Shown in pieces: positions 1-17,534 of a stretch of 64,000 nt of DNA; the first letter of the stretch is position 1; each line of letters opens with the position of its first letter. The notes below the pieces were generated by a model. The model made no database searches. It was not told the DNA's origin and worked only from the letters and a program-made list of their open reading frames with translations. Source of the stretch: Octopus vulgaris (taxonomy: Eukaryota); assembly GCA_951406725.2 (NCBI GenBank), contig OX597814.1, positions 196,416,001 through 196,480,000 on the forward strand. Reading direction: 5' to 3'. The position numbers were made by a program, and so were the translations under genes.

Positions 1-31
<31 letters not shown>

Positions 32-174
32 TAGATAGCTAGATATAGATATATATACATACATATACATATGCATACACATACACACACACGCACACAC
101 ATACAAACACATACACACGCACACGTGCACACAAGTGTTTATATCTTTTGTTCTGACGTTGTGCTATTTTTCCA

Positions 175-208
<34 letters not shown>

Positions 209-1025
209 CATATAAATATATATATATATATACGACGGGCTTCTTTCAGTTTCTGTCCACCGAATCCATTCACAAGGCTTTGGTCAGCTCGAGTCTATAG
301 TGGAAGCCACCTGGCCAATATGCCACGCAGTGTAACTCAAATCGGAACTATATGGTTGGGAAGCAATTACACAGCTACACAAATCAACGTAAATCTAATA
401 CTTTTGACGGATAGATGTTCAAATGCGACACGGACACACGGAAACACACACTAACAGAAGCATACCATTCGCGCTCATTCGTACTTACGTGTGTGCGTGT
501 GTGTGTATCCACACAAAGTATATATTTATACCATATAAAATGCATATAGGAATGGAGAGGAGGAGGGAGAGAGAGGGAGAGGAGGAACATAAACCGTCTG
601 GATGTTAGATATATAGATAAAATGTCAGATAGACAGTTTGATACATATGCATATACACTTAAGCATCTACGCAGACATAGACACACACACATACATATAT
701 GCATATATCTATATATGTGTCTTTGTGTCGTGTGTGCGTGTCTGGGTATGTGTATTTGTATATCTATATATGTATATCTATATATCTATATATCTGTATC
801 TATATATCTATATATCTATATCTATATATCTATAAATCTATATATGTATATCTCTATATCTCTATATCTATATATCTAAATATGTATTTCTATATGTCTA
901 TATATCTATATATCTATATATGTATTTCTATATATATCTATATATATCTACATATGTGTCTTTGTGTCGTGTGTGCGTGTCTGGGTATGTGTATTTGTAC
1001 GTGTGTGCGTGTTTACGTATTTCTG

Positions 1026-1084
<59 letters not shown>

Positions 1085-1125
1085 ATGTGTGTGTGTGTGT
1101 GTGTATGTATGAGTGTACGTGTGCG
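1..1125. repeat. Compound (TA)n/(CA)n/(TACA)n/(TG)n microsatellite field with a ~48-bp internal duplication (~713-760 and ~952-999)
   Basis: Direct reading; the unit ATATGTGTCTTTGTGTCGTGTGTGCGTGTCTGGGTATGTGTATTTGTA occurs twice. Confidence 0.9.
231..380 (-). mobile_element. SINE family A, 5' tRNA-like head only (degenerate)
   Basis: Reverse complement matches the head of the copies at 20655 and 24163. Confidence 0.8.
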
Positions 1126-2164
1126 AGTGCGTATCTTGATTGTTACGGTACACTGAACCAGACGTAGACATGTTATGCTTCCCATCTTATCCCGGCCACT
1201 GCATTTGGTTTCTTTAGTATTAGTGAAACATGAGTTAATTATTTCCGGTTGTATTTATCGCATCTCAATCCAATGACTATGCTTATTGAAGGAGCAACAG
1301 AAAGTTTTCTGCCATATAAATTGCACAAAAATATGTCAGAAGACATTTTCACTAAAAGAAAACAAGACGAAACAATCGCTTTCAAAACGGCTTTTGGCAA
1401 TATAACTTTTAGCTAATATTCCAATAAGAACAATATTTTTTCTTGTGTCTTTTAATACATTGTTATAGACAGACGCGTAACACATTGACATTTAATGGTG
1501 CTTTTGAAAAAGTAATAGCATTTAGATCTAGGCGAATGAGTCTTTATCGTAAAATAACATTCTGCACAGTGTTATTACAAAGTTGTTTTAGATATGTTGC
1601 TTTTGTTTTTGTTTTTGAGAGAGAATGTTGTTAAAGAATATGACAATATACTATATTAAGCATTGTATAGATAAGCATGGAAGTAGATTTGATTATGGAC
1701 GTAGTTTCGATCTGAGATTAAAGCGATTTACTCTCTTCACCTTGGGAAAGCCAATATTTGTATTATGATATACGCCCACAGTTCTATGATTGAATGAACT
1801 GAAAGTTGTCTTAAAATAACATATAAAATTTGGTAGAAACTGCTTCATATAACCAAGGACATTGTGAACACATCGTACGTATAAAACTTAGAGAGTTCCC
1901 AACTGCATTTTTGCAATGTTAGCAGTCGTTTATTGCTATCGAAACAGCTATATCCCCATGTAATTATCTTACAGATCGTTTCCACTGTACGGTGATTCGG
2001 AAAAAAATATAAGAAAGTTACTAAATTCCCTCATTACCGTACTCACTCGTCATTAAGAACGACTTATCGATGACTATCTGTTAAACATCGTTTAGAATGA
2101 TGAACATTGATAAGGAAAAGTCAAACTATCTATATTTTTTAACAGTAATTGAGTAATATATGCG

Positions 2165-2276
2165 CAGAAAAGGTAAGTAGTTTCCTTATTAACCACATGG
2201 TTCCAGATTCAGTCCCACTGCGTGACACCTTCAGCAAGTGTCTTCTACTATAGCCCCAGGCCGACCAAATCCTTTC

Positions 2277-2313
<37 letters not shown>

Positions 2314-2379
2314 TATATATATATATATATGATATATTATATATATATATATATATAATTTATATATATATAATTATAA

Positions 2380-2426
<47 letters not shown>

Positions 2427-2690
2427 ATATATATATGAGTAGTGAGTCGATGTATATGGCCATTCCTTATTTGTGTGTCAGTATTTGTGTGTCAGTGTTT
2501 GTGCCCCAACATCGCTTGACAACCGATGGTGGGTGTGCTTACGTCCCCGTAACTTAGCGGTTCAGCAAAAGAGACCGATTGAATAAGTACCAAGCTTACA
2601 AAGAATAAGTCCCGAGGTCGATTTGCGCGACTTGAGGCGGTACCCCAGCATGGCCACAGTCAAATGACTGAAACAAATAAAAGAATAAAA
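2165..2690 (+). mobile_element. SINE family A (tRNA-derived, internal microsatellite)
   Basis: Head GGTAAGTAG..AACCACATGGTTCCAGATTCAGTCCCACTGCGTG, central (TA)n, tail CCAGCATGGCCACAGTCAAATGACTGAAACAAATAAAAGA; about 13 homologous copies in the window. Confidence 0.9.
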
Positions 2691-2941
2691 AAAAACAATA
2701 ATAATATACGCAGAGAAAATGAAATTCAGTTCATCAGTTAGAAATGACATCTTTATTGTAGCGGCCATTAAAAAAATTTCAACCGGAAAATATTTATGCA
2801 GTGAGGGCAAGACATCGTTATCCCAGTGTGTGATATTAAATTTTTATGCCCACTACATTAAATATGTGGACACTAAATTAATTGTTGTCGTTAATGAGAA
2901 TGTGTCGCTGAGTAATTAACTGCATTTGTTGCCTTTTAACA

Positions 2942-3013
<72 letters not shown>

Positions 3014-3016
3014 TAA

Positions 3017-3282
3017 ATGATACCAGGCTCACCATCCCTTACAGGAAGTGCAAAAAATAGTGTTAACTGGAACGGCTCATGTACTCAGAAGAGCATTATA
3101 ACTGTGAAAACAACATCCATTCATGAATTTATTTATTCATTAATTTTTTTTAAATGCATATTTTACCTGTGAATTTGCGTGTGTAATCTGGGAATGCATA
3201 CAATGAGCTTCTCTGCCCTAGGTGTACGGAAAACACCCGGCGAGAAACGGAAGAAAATTTCAAGAAAGAAGGTAAAAAAAAA
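3017..3282 (+). mobile_element. R4/Dong-like LINE 3' fragment (subfamily 2) in (TAA)n
   Basis: Encodes a frameshifted IPG..LQEVQKIVLTGTAHVLRRAL*, homologous to 54528-55062; flanked on both sides by (TAA)n. Confidence 0.8.
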
Positions 3283-3299
3283 TAATAATAATAATAATA

Positions 3300-3335
<36 letters not shown>

Positions 3336-3339
3336 TAAC

Positions 3340-4814
<1,475 letters not shown>

Positions 4815-4844
4815 GTAATAATAATAATAATGATAATAATATTG

Positions 4845-4881
<37 letters not shown>

Positions 4882-5537
4882 GAAGAAGAAGAAGAGGAAG
4901 AAGAAGAAGCTTAATGAAAGTTACTATCTAGGGCAAATATGGTGTAGGCTACAGTGCGTTGAGGAGGTACACAGAGACTGAAACTTTCCGATTTATCTCC
5001 CGTGCTTGTTAAACATATTCAAACGTTAATTCTATATAAGCAGTTGGGGTAGTATTAATTTGTAATAGCCATCTATGTATCATACCGTATATACCCTGTC
5101 AATAAGACGATTACTGCGGTATATGTCCTGGCATAACGTTCCTTACGGACGTCCATTGTCAAAAGCACTAAATATCGGAGTTAGACGAACATTCGTCTCA
5201 TTAATGGCCAGTGGAAACACCAGATGCATTAGGAATGCTTCAGGCCTTTTCAAAGTCACGCACTCTCAACCAGTCACGTGTTGTGTTTCTAACACAGCAC
5301 ATCCATCAGAGATATTATCTCTGGACAGATATCGCAGTTCTTGGCCTATCGACAGTGTAGTATGTACATTGAGTATCGTACATATCTGGCTAATTAAAAT
5401 AGTATTTATCGTTGAAATAAAAGTTGTTTTCCATGCTATATAATAATTTCTAATTTTAGATTTAATATTAATTAGATTAAATAGGTAAACACCAACGTCA
5501 CTGTTTTCATACGAATGGTGTCTCTGAGTATTTAAAT

Positions 5538-5923
5538 GGTGGAAGCACTCCGTCGGTTACGACGACGAGGGTTCCGGTTGATCTGATCAACGGAACAGTC
5601 TGCTCGTGAAATTAACGTGTAAGTGGGTGAGCACTCCACAGACACGTGTACCCTTAACGTAGTTCTCGGGGATATTCAGCGTGAAACAGAGAGTGACAAG
5701 GCCGGCCCTTTGAAATACAGGTACAACAGAAACAGGAAGTAAGAGTGAGAGAAAGTTGTGGTGAAAGAGTACAGCAGGGATCACCACCATCCCTGCCGGA
5801 GCCTCGTGGAGCTTTAGGCGTTTTCGCTCAATAAATACTCACAACGCCCGGTCTGAGAATCGAAACCGCGATCCTACGACCGCGAGTCCGCTGCCCTAAC
5901 CACTGGGCCATTGCGCCTCCACT
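5538..5923 (-). mobile_element. SINE family C, full length, 10-bp TSD GTATTTAAAT
   Basis: tRNA-like head GGCGCAATGGCCCAGTGGTTAGGGCAGCGGACTCGCGGTCGTAGGATCGCGGTTTCGATTC; TSD at 5528-5537 and 5924-5933. Confidence 0.9.
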
Positions 5924-6125
5924 GTATTTAAATACAGTTACTTAAAAAGATATAGCACCAATTTTCCTGCTTCCTTGTGTACATTAATGTGATATCTTGT
6001 AATACGATGAAGTTTATAGTCAGGTGTAGAGGCACTAAATGCCCGAGTTATCTCCCATAATTTGCAATATTATTAAAATAATATCAACCGTTGACATAAA
6101 GTTGTATTTTCTACATCATATGAGT

Positions 6126-6518
6126 ATTCTTTTATTCTTTTATTTGTTTCAGTCATTTGACTGCAGCCATGCTGGAGCACCGCCTTTAGTCGAGCAAATC
6201 GACCCCCCGGGATATATTCTTTGTAAGCCTAGTACTTATTCTTGTCGAACCACTAAGTTACGGGGACGTAAACACACCAGCATCGGCTGTAAACCGATGT
6301 TGGGGGGACAAACACAGACACACAAACATATACACACACATACATATATATATACATATATACGACGGGCTTCTTTCATTTCCGTCTACCAAATCCACTC
6401 ACAAGGCTTTGGTCGACCCGAGGCTATAGTAGGAGACACTAGCCCAAGGTGTCACGCAGTGGGACTGAACCCGGAACCATGTGGTTGGCAAGCAAGCTAC
6501 TTAACACACAGCCACTCT
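6126..6518 (-). mobile_element. SINE family A
   Basis: Reverse-complement match to family A head, internal (CA)/(TA) tract and tail. Confidence 0.9.
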
Positions 6519-6744
6519 TTTCGATTTCAAACATTATATCAAGTGTGTTAACACTAACTTAACTTTCGTTTCTATTCAAATGGTGACTCTACCTGTCTTA
6601 CTTTCCAACTTCTTTCCTAGTTTTGTCAACTTTGTAGTTCGAAGGAAAAATGTATATGCTAGACTTTGTTAAATTTTTGGTTTTTCCTTTTTGAGCCTGC
6701 AAAAGTGGGTAGGTCCTATGACCCTTGCACGCCTTCTGAGACTC

Positions 6745-7035
6745 ATGGCATTCCGTCGATTACGACAACAGATGTTTCAGTTGACCTGATCAAACGAATA
6801 TCCTGCTTGTGAAATGAACGTGCCATTGGCTGAGAACTCCACAGACACGCATATTCTTACCGTAGTTCTCCGAGAGATGGGCCTTGACGCCGAATGTGAC
6901 AAAACTGGGCTTTCGAAATACAGCTATTACTTAATTCCAGCTGAGTGGATTAAAGTGAAATAAAGTGTCTTGTTCAAGGTCAGTAAAACCGCCGGCAGTA
7001 GAACCCATGGGTCTACCAAAACCACTCCGCCACGC
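6745..7035 (-). mobile_element. SINE family D, degenerate
   Basis: Aligns by eye with 39427-39747 (CAGCTGAGTGG..GTGAAATAAAGTGTCTTG core and shared tail). Confidence 0.7.
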
Positions 7036-7329
7036 ACATTCACAACCTTTTGAGACTGGTGTGCATGGTGCCATTAATACTCTGTTTCACTCATTAAGTC
7101 ACAAAGTACTTAAATCTTTGAATATTCTTTTCTACACCAAGGACAAGGCTCAAAATTTTGTGGTAAGGAGCCAGTCGATTAGATCGATCCCAGTACTCAA
7201 CTGATACTAACTCACTGGGTTAGACAGTTTCAGTCCAACATCTGCATGAAAGACAAATGCAAGGAAGAGATCCCAGAGGGGCGGTATTAGGAATTAGATC
7301 GCTAAGCGGGATGATGGAATGACGAGAAA

Positions 7330-7846
7330 TTATTTTAGAACATGGTTGAGTTCATAAAATAGGATTTGACTACACCTCCATTTAGAACACAGTTCAAGCT
7401 ATCTTTTCGTTGAAGAAGGTTTATGTTCCTATAACCTGTGTTAATTCTGTAACCCTTTAAAATGGAAGACAAGAAAGTTCGTTTTCGGCACCTGATGTTT
7501 TGGGAACCAGACAAAAATTGCTGCAGCTCGGCTGGGATGTGTTGCCCCACCCTCCATATTCACCAGATATTGCTCTTTCGGATTTCCACTTATTCAGGTT
7601 TCTGCAGAATAGTCTTAATGGTAAAACTTTCAATTCCTTGGATGACGTAAAAATATACCTTGATGAATTCTTTGCCATGAAGCCCCCTCAATTTTGGGAA
7701 GAGGGTATTTTCACCTTAAAGGAAAGATGGAGACACATTGTGCAACAAAATGGTTCCTATTTGGTTGATTAAAAATGTAATGGCAATTATTTAATGACCT
7801 TTTTCTTTCCCTTAAAAATCGGCACGAACTTTCCGAACAACCCAAT
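7330..7846 (+). mobile_element. Internally deleted mariner (DD34D-type) element
   Basis: N-terminal MEDKKVRFRHLMFWE fused to C-terminal LGWDVLPHPPYSPDIALSDFHLF; right TIR-like end GCACGAACTTTCCGAACAACCCAA|TA; left TIR not seen. Confidence 0.88.
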
Positions 7847-8397
7847 ATTTTGCCTGAACGACCCATAGCGGTCAAAATGTATGTATTGGATGGTGACATT
7901 GAAAAGGTTTATCATTTTATCGTAGTTTTCAAACAAATGTGGTATCAAGCTAAATAACAACTATAGGCGGGAGACATAATATTATGTGTTATATATTCAT
8001 TCAAGCAGGAGTTGAAAATCTAATCTTTTCATTGATGTTCTTGTAAAAGCAAAATATTTTCTTTACCCTCCTGTTTAAGAAGATATACTAAATATTTCAA
8101 CTCATTGTAAACAATTTAAGTCATGTTGAAAGCAATTTCTTTTCACTCATAAATACTCACGCACGCTGATGTGCGTTGAGACACATATTATTACGTTCAC
8201 TCTGGTTTAACTCTGTATGTTCATGTGTACGTCTATGTATTGCGTAAGTATACCGTTCAGGCAATTTCTGTCTGCCTGTTACACACACACACACACACAC
8301 AAGCGCGTATGCGTACTTGTTGGTATATACATACGCACACCCTTTATACCCTTATTTCAATGTATATCTATATCTGTTTATTAAAGTGTATATATAT

Positions 8398-8464
<67 letters not shown>

Positions 8465-8618
8465 AAGAAAGACAGAGAGATACTTACATACAAATACGCA
8501 CACACACAAGCTTGTTTCCTTGATGTACGTGTGCATAAGTGTATGAACATATATATATATATAGATATACATGTACATAAGTGTATGAACATATATACAT
8601 ATACATACACATACATAC

Positions 8619-8669
<51 letters not shown>

Positions 8670-8827
8670 GTATATATATATAAGACAGACACGCTTGCAT
8701 AAACACATACAAAAACATATTAGCCCCACCGAAAGCACACATCGGCGATGAATTTACTTCGTGACGACGAATACACACACACAAGTTCACACACACACAC
8801 ACTCACACACATACACACATATGTATG

Positions 8828-8874
<47 letters not shown>

Positions 8875-9415
8875 AAATATACACATATACATGTATACAT
8901 ATATACGTATATATAAATATATATATGTGTATATAATATAAATATATACATATATATTTATTGATACATACATTCATATATATAATGTTATTTACGACTG
9001 CTGCTCTTTGTACTATAGATCCATATGTTTGCGACTGAAATTAAAAATTTCATGTGACACGTGAGACATTGTTGTGATAACAAGACTATTTGTTTTGATC
9101 AGATCTGAAAATGGCTATTTTGAAAACACTCCAACATAAATGTAAAAAAGTTTCGGCGAAAGCAAACAATATACATACAAGAAAATCAAGGAAAACAAGC
9201 AACAGAAAATTGGAAACATATTTTGCAGCAATATATGTCGTTTTTCATGAAAATATTATCTTTATTTAATTCAAAAGTGTCGATATTGTATGAAGATAAC
9301 AAATTTTTAAGAAATATATCAGAATAAGTGTGAGAACTTAGCGAAATATTGAATTTGAAAAAAAAATTATATTCGTTCAAATAGGCGCAAGGACAACTGA
9401 TGAAAGAATGCGGAG

Positions 9416-9418
<3 letters not shown>

Positions 9419-9503
<85 letters not shown>

Positions 9504-9595
9504 AATAATAATAGTAGTAGTAATAATAATAATATTATTGTTGTTGTTATTATTATTATTATAATTATTATTACTATTATTATTATTATTATTAC

Positions 9596-9676
<81 letters not shown>

Positions 9677-9708
9677 TACTACTACTATTATTATTATTAT
9701 TATTATTA
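9419..9708. repeat. Head-to-head (AAT)n then (TTA)n microsatellite
   Basis: Repeat polarity switches at about 9533. Confidence 0.9.
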
Positions 9709-9711
9709 TCA

Positions 9712-10405
<694 letters not shown>

Positions 10406-10447
10406 AAACCTGTCTTACTATTCTATTATTAATATTATTATTATTAT

Positions 10448-11142
10448 TCAGTAGTTTTATTTTTATAGCGTGCTTTCAATTCACTACCGAGCGCAGCTCT
10501 GTGTGCCTTGGGTAGGTGTTGTGATTTGTTGTGATGCTCTGATGGTTATTGTATGGAAAGTATTCTGTGTAGGATGTGTGCAGTGCCTAGTAGTGCAAGT
10601 TTCTGTATGTTATATGTGTTTGTAAGTCCTGGTGTTTTTGTTATGTATTTGTCTTAATTATTTTTTCATCATGCCTAATGTACCTACTATAATAGGAATT
10701 GTTTCTGTTTTTAGATTCCACATTCTGGTTACCTCTATTTCTAGGTCTTTGTATTTTGAGAGTTTCTCCATTTCTTTTAGAGACACGTTGTCATCTGCCG
10801 GTATTGATACATCAATTAGAAAGCATTTTTTTTCTTCATGATCTCTGACAACTATATCTGGTCTGTTGGCCTTAATTTCTCTATCTGTGTGTATCAGCAT
10901 ATCCCAGAGTATGGTTGCTTTCTCGTTTTCTGTGACCTTTTCTGGTGTGTGCCTATACCATCTTTTTTCTGTTGTTATTCCATAATGTTGGCATAGCTTC
11001 CAATGTATGTAGGTTCCAACTCTGTCATGTCTGTGAATATATTCCTTCTTAGCCAGGACTGGGCAGCCAGAGATAATATGATTTATTGTTTCTCGTTCAT
11101 CTCCACATATTCTGCTGTTACTTCTTATATTTCTTTTCATTA

Positions 11143-11143
<1 letters not shown>
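10448..11143 (-). mobile_element. R4/Dong-like LINE 3' part (subfamily 1)
   Basis: Near-identical to 4085-4778; ORF 10658-11140 with RHD and RPDIV motifs; same 3' junction ACTACTG|AATAAT. Confidence 0.92.
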
Positions 11144-11205
<62 letters not shown>

Positions 11206-11207
<2 letters not shown>

Positions 11208-11308
11208 TGATGAGAATGGGATTGATGTTTTGCTGTTCGATACTACTACTACTCTTACTACTACTCCTCCTACTCCTCCTCCTCCTCCTCCTCCTCCTCC
11301 TCCTCCTC

Positions 11309-11357
<49 letters not shown>

Positions 11358-11574
11358 CTTTATCATCCTCATCATTAAAATCATTAAAATCATTATTGCA
11401 TGTATGTCCGGGCTGCTCAGACCTCTAACATCAATACATTATGTGTTCGTCATATTTTCTGTAATTTATCGACGTAAGTTGAAAATTAATTGTTTAAGAC
11501 CTTCCCCGGAAAACGAAGGTTAAAATGTTCTCAGAAATATCGAACAGCAAAACATCAATCCCATTCTCATCATA
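11206..11574. repeat. 37-bp perfect inverted repeat (11206-11242 / 11538-11574), probable Penelope-like relic
   Basis: TATGATGAGAATGGGATTGATGTTTTGCTGTTCGATA and its reverse complement; right arm preceded by GAAA(TATC). Confidence 0.7.
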
Positions 11575-11984
11575 AGACAGGGCAGTGTCCATGAACACTG
11601 CATTGTCTCATGTTACAATGCCTATCTGTCTGCTTAAACTTTAAGCGATACATCACTCAAGATTGACAAAAGCTGAGTAAAGCTCAAAATTACTTCTCAT
11701 TATTCGTATTTCTTAAAACTGCCATAATGCTCAAGAAAAACTGAAAGATTCCCTAGAGAGGAAATGAACTGTTGTGTATTTTGCCAGTGGCGTTTTCAAT
11801 ACTAAATTACATATTTCAAAGGGAAATCCTTGAGTTTGCAGAGGTGTACATGAGGAGGTACAAATGACAACTACAACAATATGCATGTAAATGAATAGCA
11901 TAAATAAACAAAAAATTATAACAGCTTTTATGTACGTATATATATGCACACCCATTCATAGAACTATTAGCATGTTACTTGGAT

Positions 11985-12028
11985 TAATATCAAGTGGGTT
12001 TGGTTGACGGAAGCTGAAAGAATCCCGT

Positions 12029-12091
<63 letters not shown>

Positions 12092-12292
12092 ATGTGTATT
12101 TATGTCTGTGTTTGTTACCACTATCGCTTGACAACCGATGTTGGTGTGTTTACGTCCTCATAACTTAGCAGTTCGACGAAAGAGTCCGATAGAATAAGTC
12201 CTGGGGTCATTTTGTTCGACAAAAGGCTGTGCTCCAGAATGGCTGTAGTCAGGTGACTGCAACAAGTCAAAGAGTAAAAGAGTAAAAGAGTA
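11985..12292 (+). mobile_element. SINE family A, 5'-truncated
   Basis: CTGAAAGAATCCCGT-(TA)n(TG)n-ATCGCTTGACAACCGATG..(GTAAAAGA) tail. Confidence 0.85.
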
Positions 12293-12913
12293 ATCGTTCC
12301 GGCTCTCAGCGTTCCCAGTTCAAAACCTACCAATATCAACTTTCCTTATATTTTCAGGGCAATAAAGTACAAATCATGTACTTTATTGTGAGTTAGTGTC
12401 AAGTTTTTTCCGTTTTTTTTCGTTCTTATTGTCTTTTCTTTCGTGTCAGACCTGGAGAGATATAGGCTTTCCCATGTCTAAAAATACCCAAGTATGCCGT
12501 ATGTTACGATGGTTCATCTGCTGTGCCATCAAGGATCTAAGAGCTTATGGCGATATGGAAAATATATACTTAAGTAATGTGTTCTATTTCCCTTAATTAA
12601 ATCACCAAACTTGTTCTGTATACCTTAACTAAATGTAAAGAAACACGAAGTCTCTGAAACAGCATGAAACAATATCTCTTCCTATAATCCACGAAGAATA
12701 CTTGTATACTGATATGAGAGCTTATTTGAAGAAAACAACAGAGCATTTGTAACTTTCTACCAATTAAAACATGAAACATTGCACATACACAGACACACAC
12801 ACACATATATGTATATATATATACAGATGTCTGTCCTTGTTTGTCCCCTCTATGTTTAGCCCCTTGTGGGTAATAAAGAAACATATATATATACAGATAT
12901 ATATGCGCGTGTG

Positions 12914-12945
<32 letters not shown>

Positions 12946-13084
12946 TATATACTATATATATATATATATATATATGACCCCTTCTTCCTAGCTTTCCTGT
13001 GTGACCCTTCTGTCCGGCGTTCGCCATGATAGATCGCTAGCGACTCCACATTCTTTATTTTCTCTCCTTGTTTGTGTCTTTGTA

Positions 13085-13122
13085 CCTTTCTGTGGAAGAG
13101 CGTAGGCTCGAAACGTTAAAGG
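13085..13122 (+). ncRNA. Minimal hammerhead-ribozyme-like motif (Penelope type; core mutated to CUGUGGA)
   Basis: CCTTT-CTGTGGA-A-GAGC GTAG GCTC-GAAA-CGT T-AAAGG: stems I and II perfect, palindromic stem III ACGT. Confidence 0.6.
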
Positions 13123-13204
13123 ATTGTTCACTTCCCGAGCGTAATATCAATTTAAAAACAGTGGCTTACCATATTGAAAAATTTGAAGATTCAGAAAAAT
13201 TATA

Positions 13205-13370
13205 TTACATACATATAAGAGGGAAGACCACTAAGTGGACATCCATTATGCTAGAAGTAGACATCTATGGTCTTACCACTGCAATTTTTTCTTAGTGGTA
13301 AGACCTTAGTGGGACTACTTATAGCATAATGGAAATCCACTTTGTGGTCATCCCTCTTATATGTATGTAA
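13205..13370. repeat. Imperfect long inverted repeat (~75-bp arms); sequence to its left is homologous to ~27015-27095
   Basis: TTACATACATATAAGAGGGA..GGTCTTACCACT / AGTGGTAAGACC..TCCCTCTTATATGTATGTAA. Confidence 0.8.
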
Positions 13371-13440
13371 ATTATATATATATATATATATATATGGATA
13401 TAGATTGCTAGATAGATATATTACTAGATGCACATATATA

Positions 13441-13669
13441 TATTTCTTTTCTACCCACAAGGGGCTAAACATAGAGGGGACAAACAAGGACAGACAAAGG
13501 GATTAAGTCGATTACATCAACCCCAGTGCGAAACTGGTACTTTATTTATCGAATCCGAAAGGATGAAAGGCAAAGTGGACCTCGGCGGAATTTGAACTCA
13601 GAACGTAACGACGGACGAAATACCGCTAATCATTTCACCCGATGCGCTAACGTTTCTGCCACCTCGCCG
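13441..13669 (-). mobile_element. SINE family B
   Basis: Reverse complement of the 17880-18110 type (GAGTTCAAATTCCGCCGAGG..CCCCTTGTGGG..AAAGAAATA). Confidence 0.9.
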
Positions 13670-13865
13670 ATATATATGTATATCTATGCTTGAGTGCAAT
13701 ATTTGTATTATGCAATGAATTATATACATCTACATACATGCTTACATATATATTTTTCGTCAAACCTTTCTCCGTGTATTCTTTCTCTTCAATCCTTGAT
13801 ACATACATACACACACATATATAAATATATATATATGTATATATGTGTATATACATATATATATA

Positions 13866-13922
<57 letters not shown>

Positions 13923-14347
13923 TATATATTATATATATCTATATATTTATATATATATATATATGAGTACCAGTGCATCCAATAATATATTGCTAGTTGA
14001 TATCATGCTTTTATATTCTAATCAATGTTCCAAGAAGTAAACCTATTAAATCATCTGCCATTAACCAGCCAAACATATACTTTCACTTCTGGCGAGCTGA
14101 TCCCGAAACAAAACGTAATATAACGTTTCGATTGGATAATTTTATACGTATTATGCTTTCTGCAATTCCAAATTCATAAATGATCCATATTTCTGTCCCG
14201 AAATTAATTGTATTCGCTATCATTATTGAAAAAGTAGCCATGAGATGTTTGCATTAGTGTTGTGGATGGTTAACCGCAGGTCAGCATTTTGTGAACAGTT
14301 TTTTGATCAAAAGAGTTCAATCGAGATATATAAATATGATATGTATT

Positions 14348-14442
<95 letters not shown>

Positions 14443-14541
14443 TTATGTATATATATGTATACGCGTGTATAGATATATTCATTGAGAGATAAATAGGTAG
14501 ATAGATAGAAATTGACATAAGTATATATTGCAGCACACACA

Positions 14542-14630
<89 letters not shown>

Positions 14631-15338
14631 TTATATAGTACTGGTGTAGCGCATCTAGAAGTACATCAAATACGAAGTGTTTTTTGGGGGGAGGGGTCTC
14701 TTTCATCTGTAAGGGGGATATTTGAGGGGTATTTGGCTGTCATTTTGAGAATATCATGATATAGATACTTTCTCAATGATTCAACAAAAATAGTTTATTG
14801 ACTTTTTGTTCACCCCTTCTTCGATCAACCCTGGAGTGAGTCTTGACATTCATATTTACCGAAATGTGTATCCGTGACTAAATATGTTTTCTTCCAATAA
14901 ATTACACTGGGTTAGGTTCGGAGGCAATTCGTCCCTGTTTCTATTAGGTCGACCGAATACGAAGATATTACTCCTTCACTTCATCAGGGTTCTTGACAAT
15001 AATATTTCAAATTTAGATATTATTTCTGATATTGAAGAATTTTTACCTTCTTCATTATTGTTGCGTTTTGTGAGTTAATCTTTTAATATTCAAACATAAA
15101 TTTATAAATGTTCCCATTTAAAAGCAAAATCCCCCTTGTCGTTTATTTCAATCTAATGAAAAAAAACTGATGCTGTGCGCGTTTATGAGGGACACCAAGG
15201 GCGAAGATCAGTTTGAAATCTGTTTGCTTTCTCTGAAACAGTATGAACAATAATACGCATTATTGCGTGCGTGTGTTATTGCTCAAATACTTAAACAGAT
15301 GAAATACATATAAAATATGAGATATGATGAAAGCGATA

Positions 15339-15393
<55 letters not shown>

Positions 15394-16169
15394 TATATAT
15401 ATATAATGTTATATATCATATTATATAAAACACATAGAATCGGACACGAGTACACACACAAATATATAAAGTACGTGCACAATATACAGAGGGATATACA
15501 GAGGTTAGATGAATACATTGCTAGACATATAGCATATTTATGTACATTCACATATTGCTTAAACGCATACATGCATATATTTTATTGAGAGAGAGAGTTA
15601 CGCAGATAGGATGACAGATAGGATTAGAGAGGGAAAAATGGAAATAGCTGTTGCTTGTACATAAAATGGAATGATACAAAGAGAAAAGAGGTGAGCGAGG
15701 ACATGAAGAGCCGAAGCGAGAGAGAAGGAGAGAGAGAGAGAGAGAGAAAGGCAGACAGAGAATGAGACAAAGATGGCGAACTAAAGAAATTATAGAGGGA
15801 TATTTTCAGAAACAATACTGTGTAATTTACAGCAGGTAATGAAGTGTTTGGTTCTCTAGTCCACGTTAACATTGATTTTTTTTCTCTGCTGTACATATAT
15901 CACAGCTGCTTGCCTATACTCCGTGCTAATGATTGTCATTGGGCTGCTTTCATATAGTAACTGAGCGTTTCAGAGTTTTTGTTTCGACAATTTACACTTG
16001 TGGTTCGTATTTTTACGTGTAATAAGTATATTTCCTTTCATAGGAAATTAATTTACATTGTTTTCTCGCATCTGAGGCACATACGTACATAATGTGTGGG
16101 TTTATTTATTCATTTTAACTAAGTAAAAGTGGGAATGGTCTTTGAGTTAATAAATGTGTATTGCAATCG

Positions 16170-17205
<1,036 letters not shown>

Positions 17206-17534
17206 GTAAGGCAGAAGTAGTTAATTATCGAAGGATGACATATATATAATATCATATATTGTACAAATGATCATAATTGATTCAAGCTTTCCTTCTTCTT
17301 TTCATAAATGCCACTCATACACACCGATCAAATCAAGCGACTTGGCTCCCTTTCACTATAAAATATTCACCTAGAGTTTTAAAAGAGAAAAAAAATCATG
17401 TTTACTTTGGTTTTGGTAATATAATATTTACTAACAGAAGCAAGGGTCAATTGTATCGTTGTGTCTGTCAGCATTCTGAAACCAGAGAAATCTGCGTTGT
17501 GAATATTTATTTTTTTGATTATCCAAACCAATAC

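Noticed and set aside
5075-5443. 122-aa ORF in unique sequence
   Set aside because: No recognisable motif or exon structure.
5850-5923. tRNA gene (also heads near 39680-39747, 40275-40337, 49324-49400)
   Set aside because: Cloverleaf incomplete and continuous with SINE bodies, two bounded by clear TSDs.
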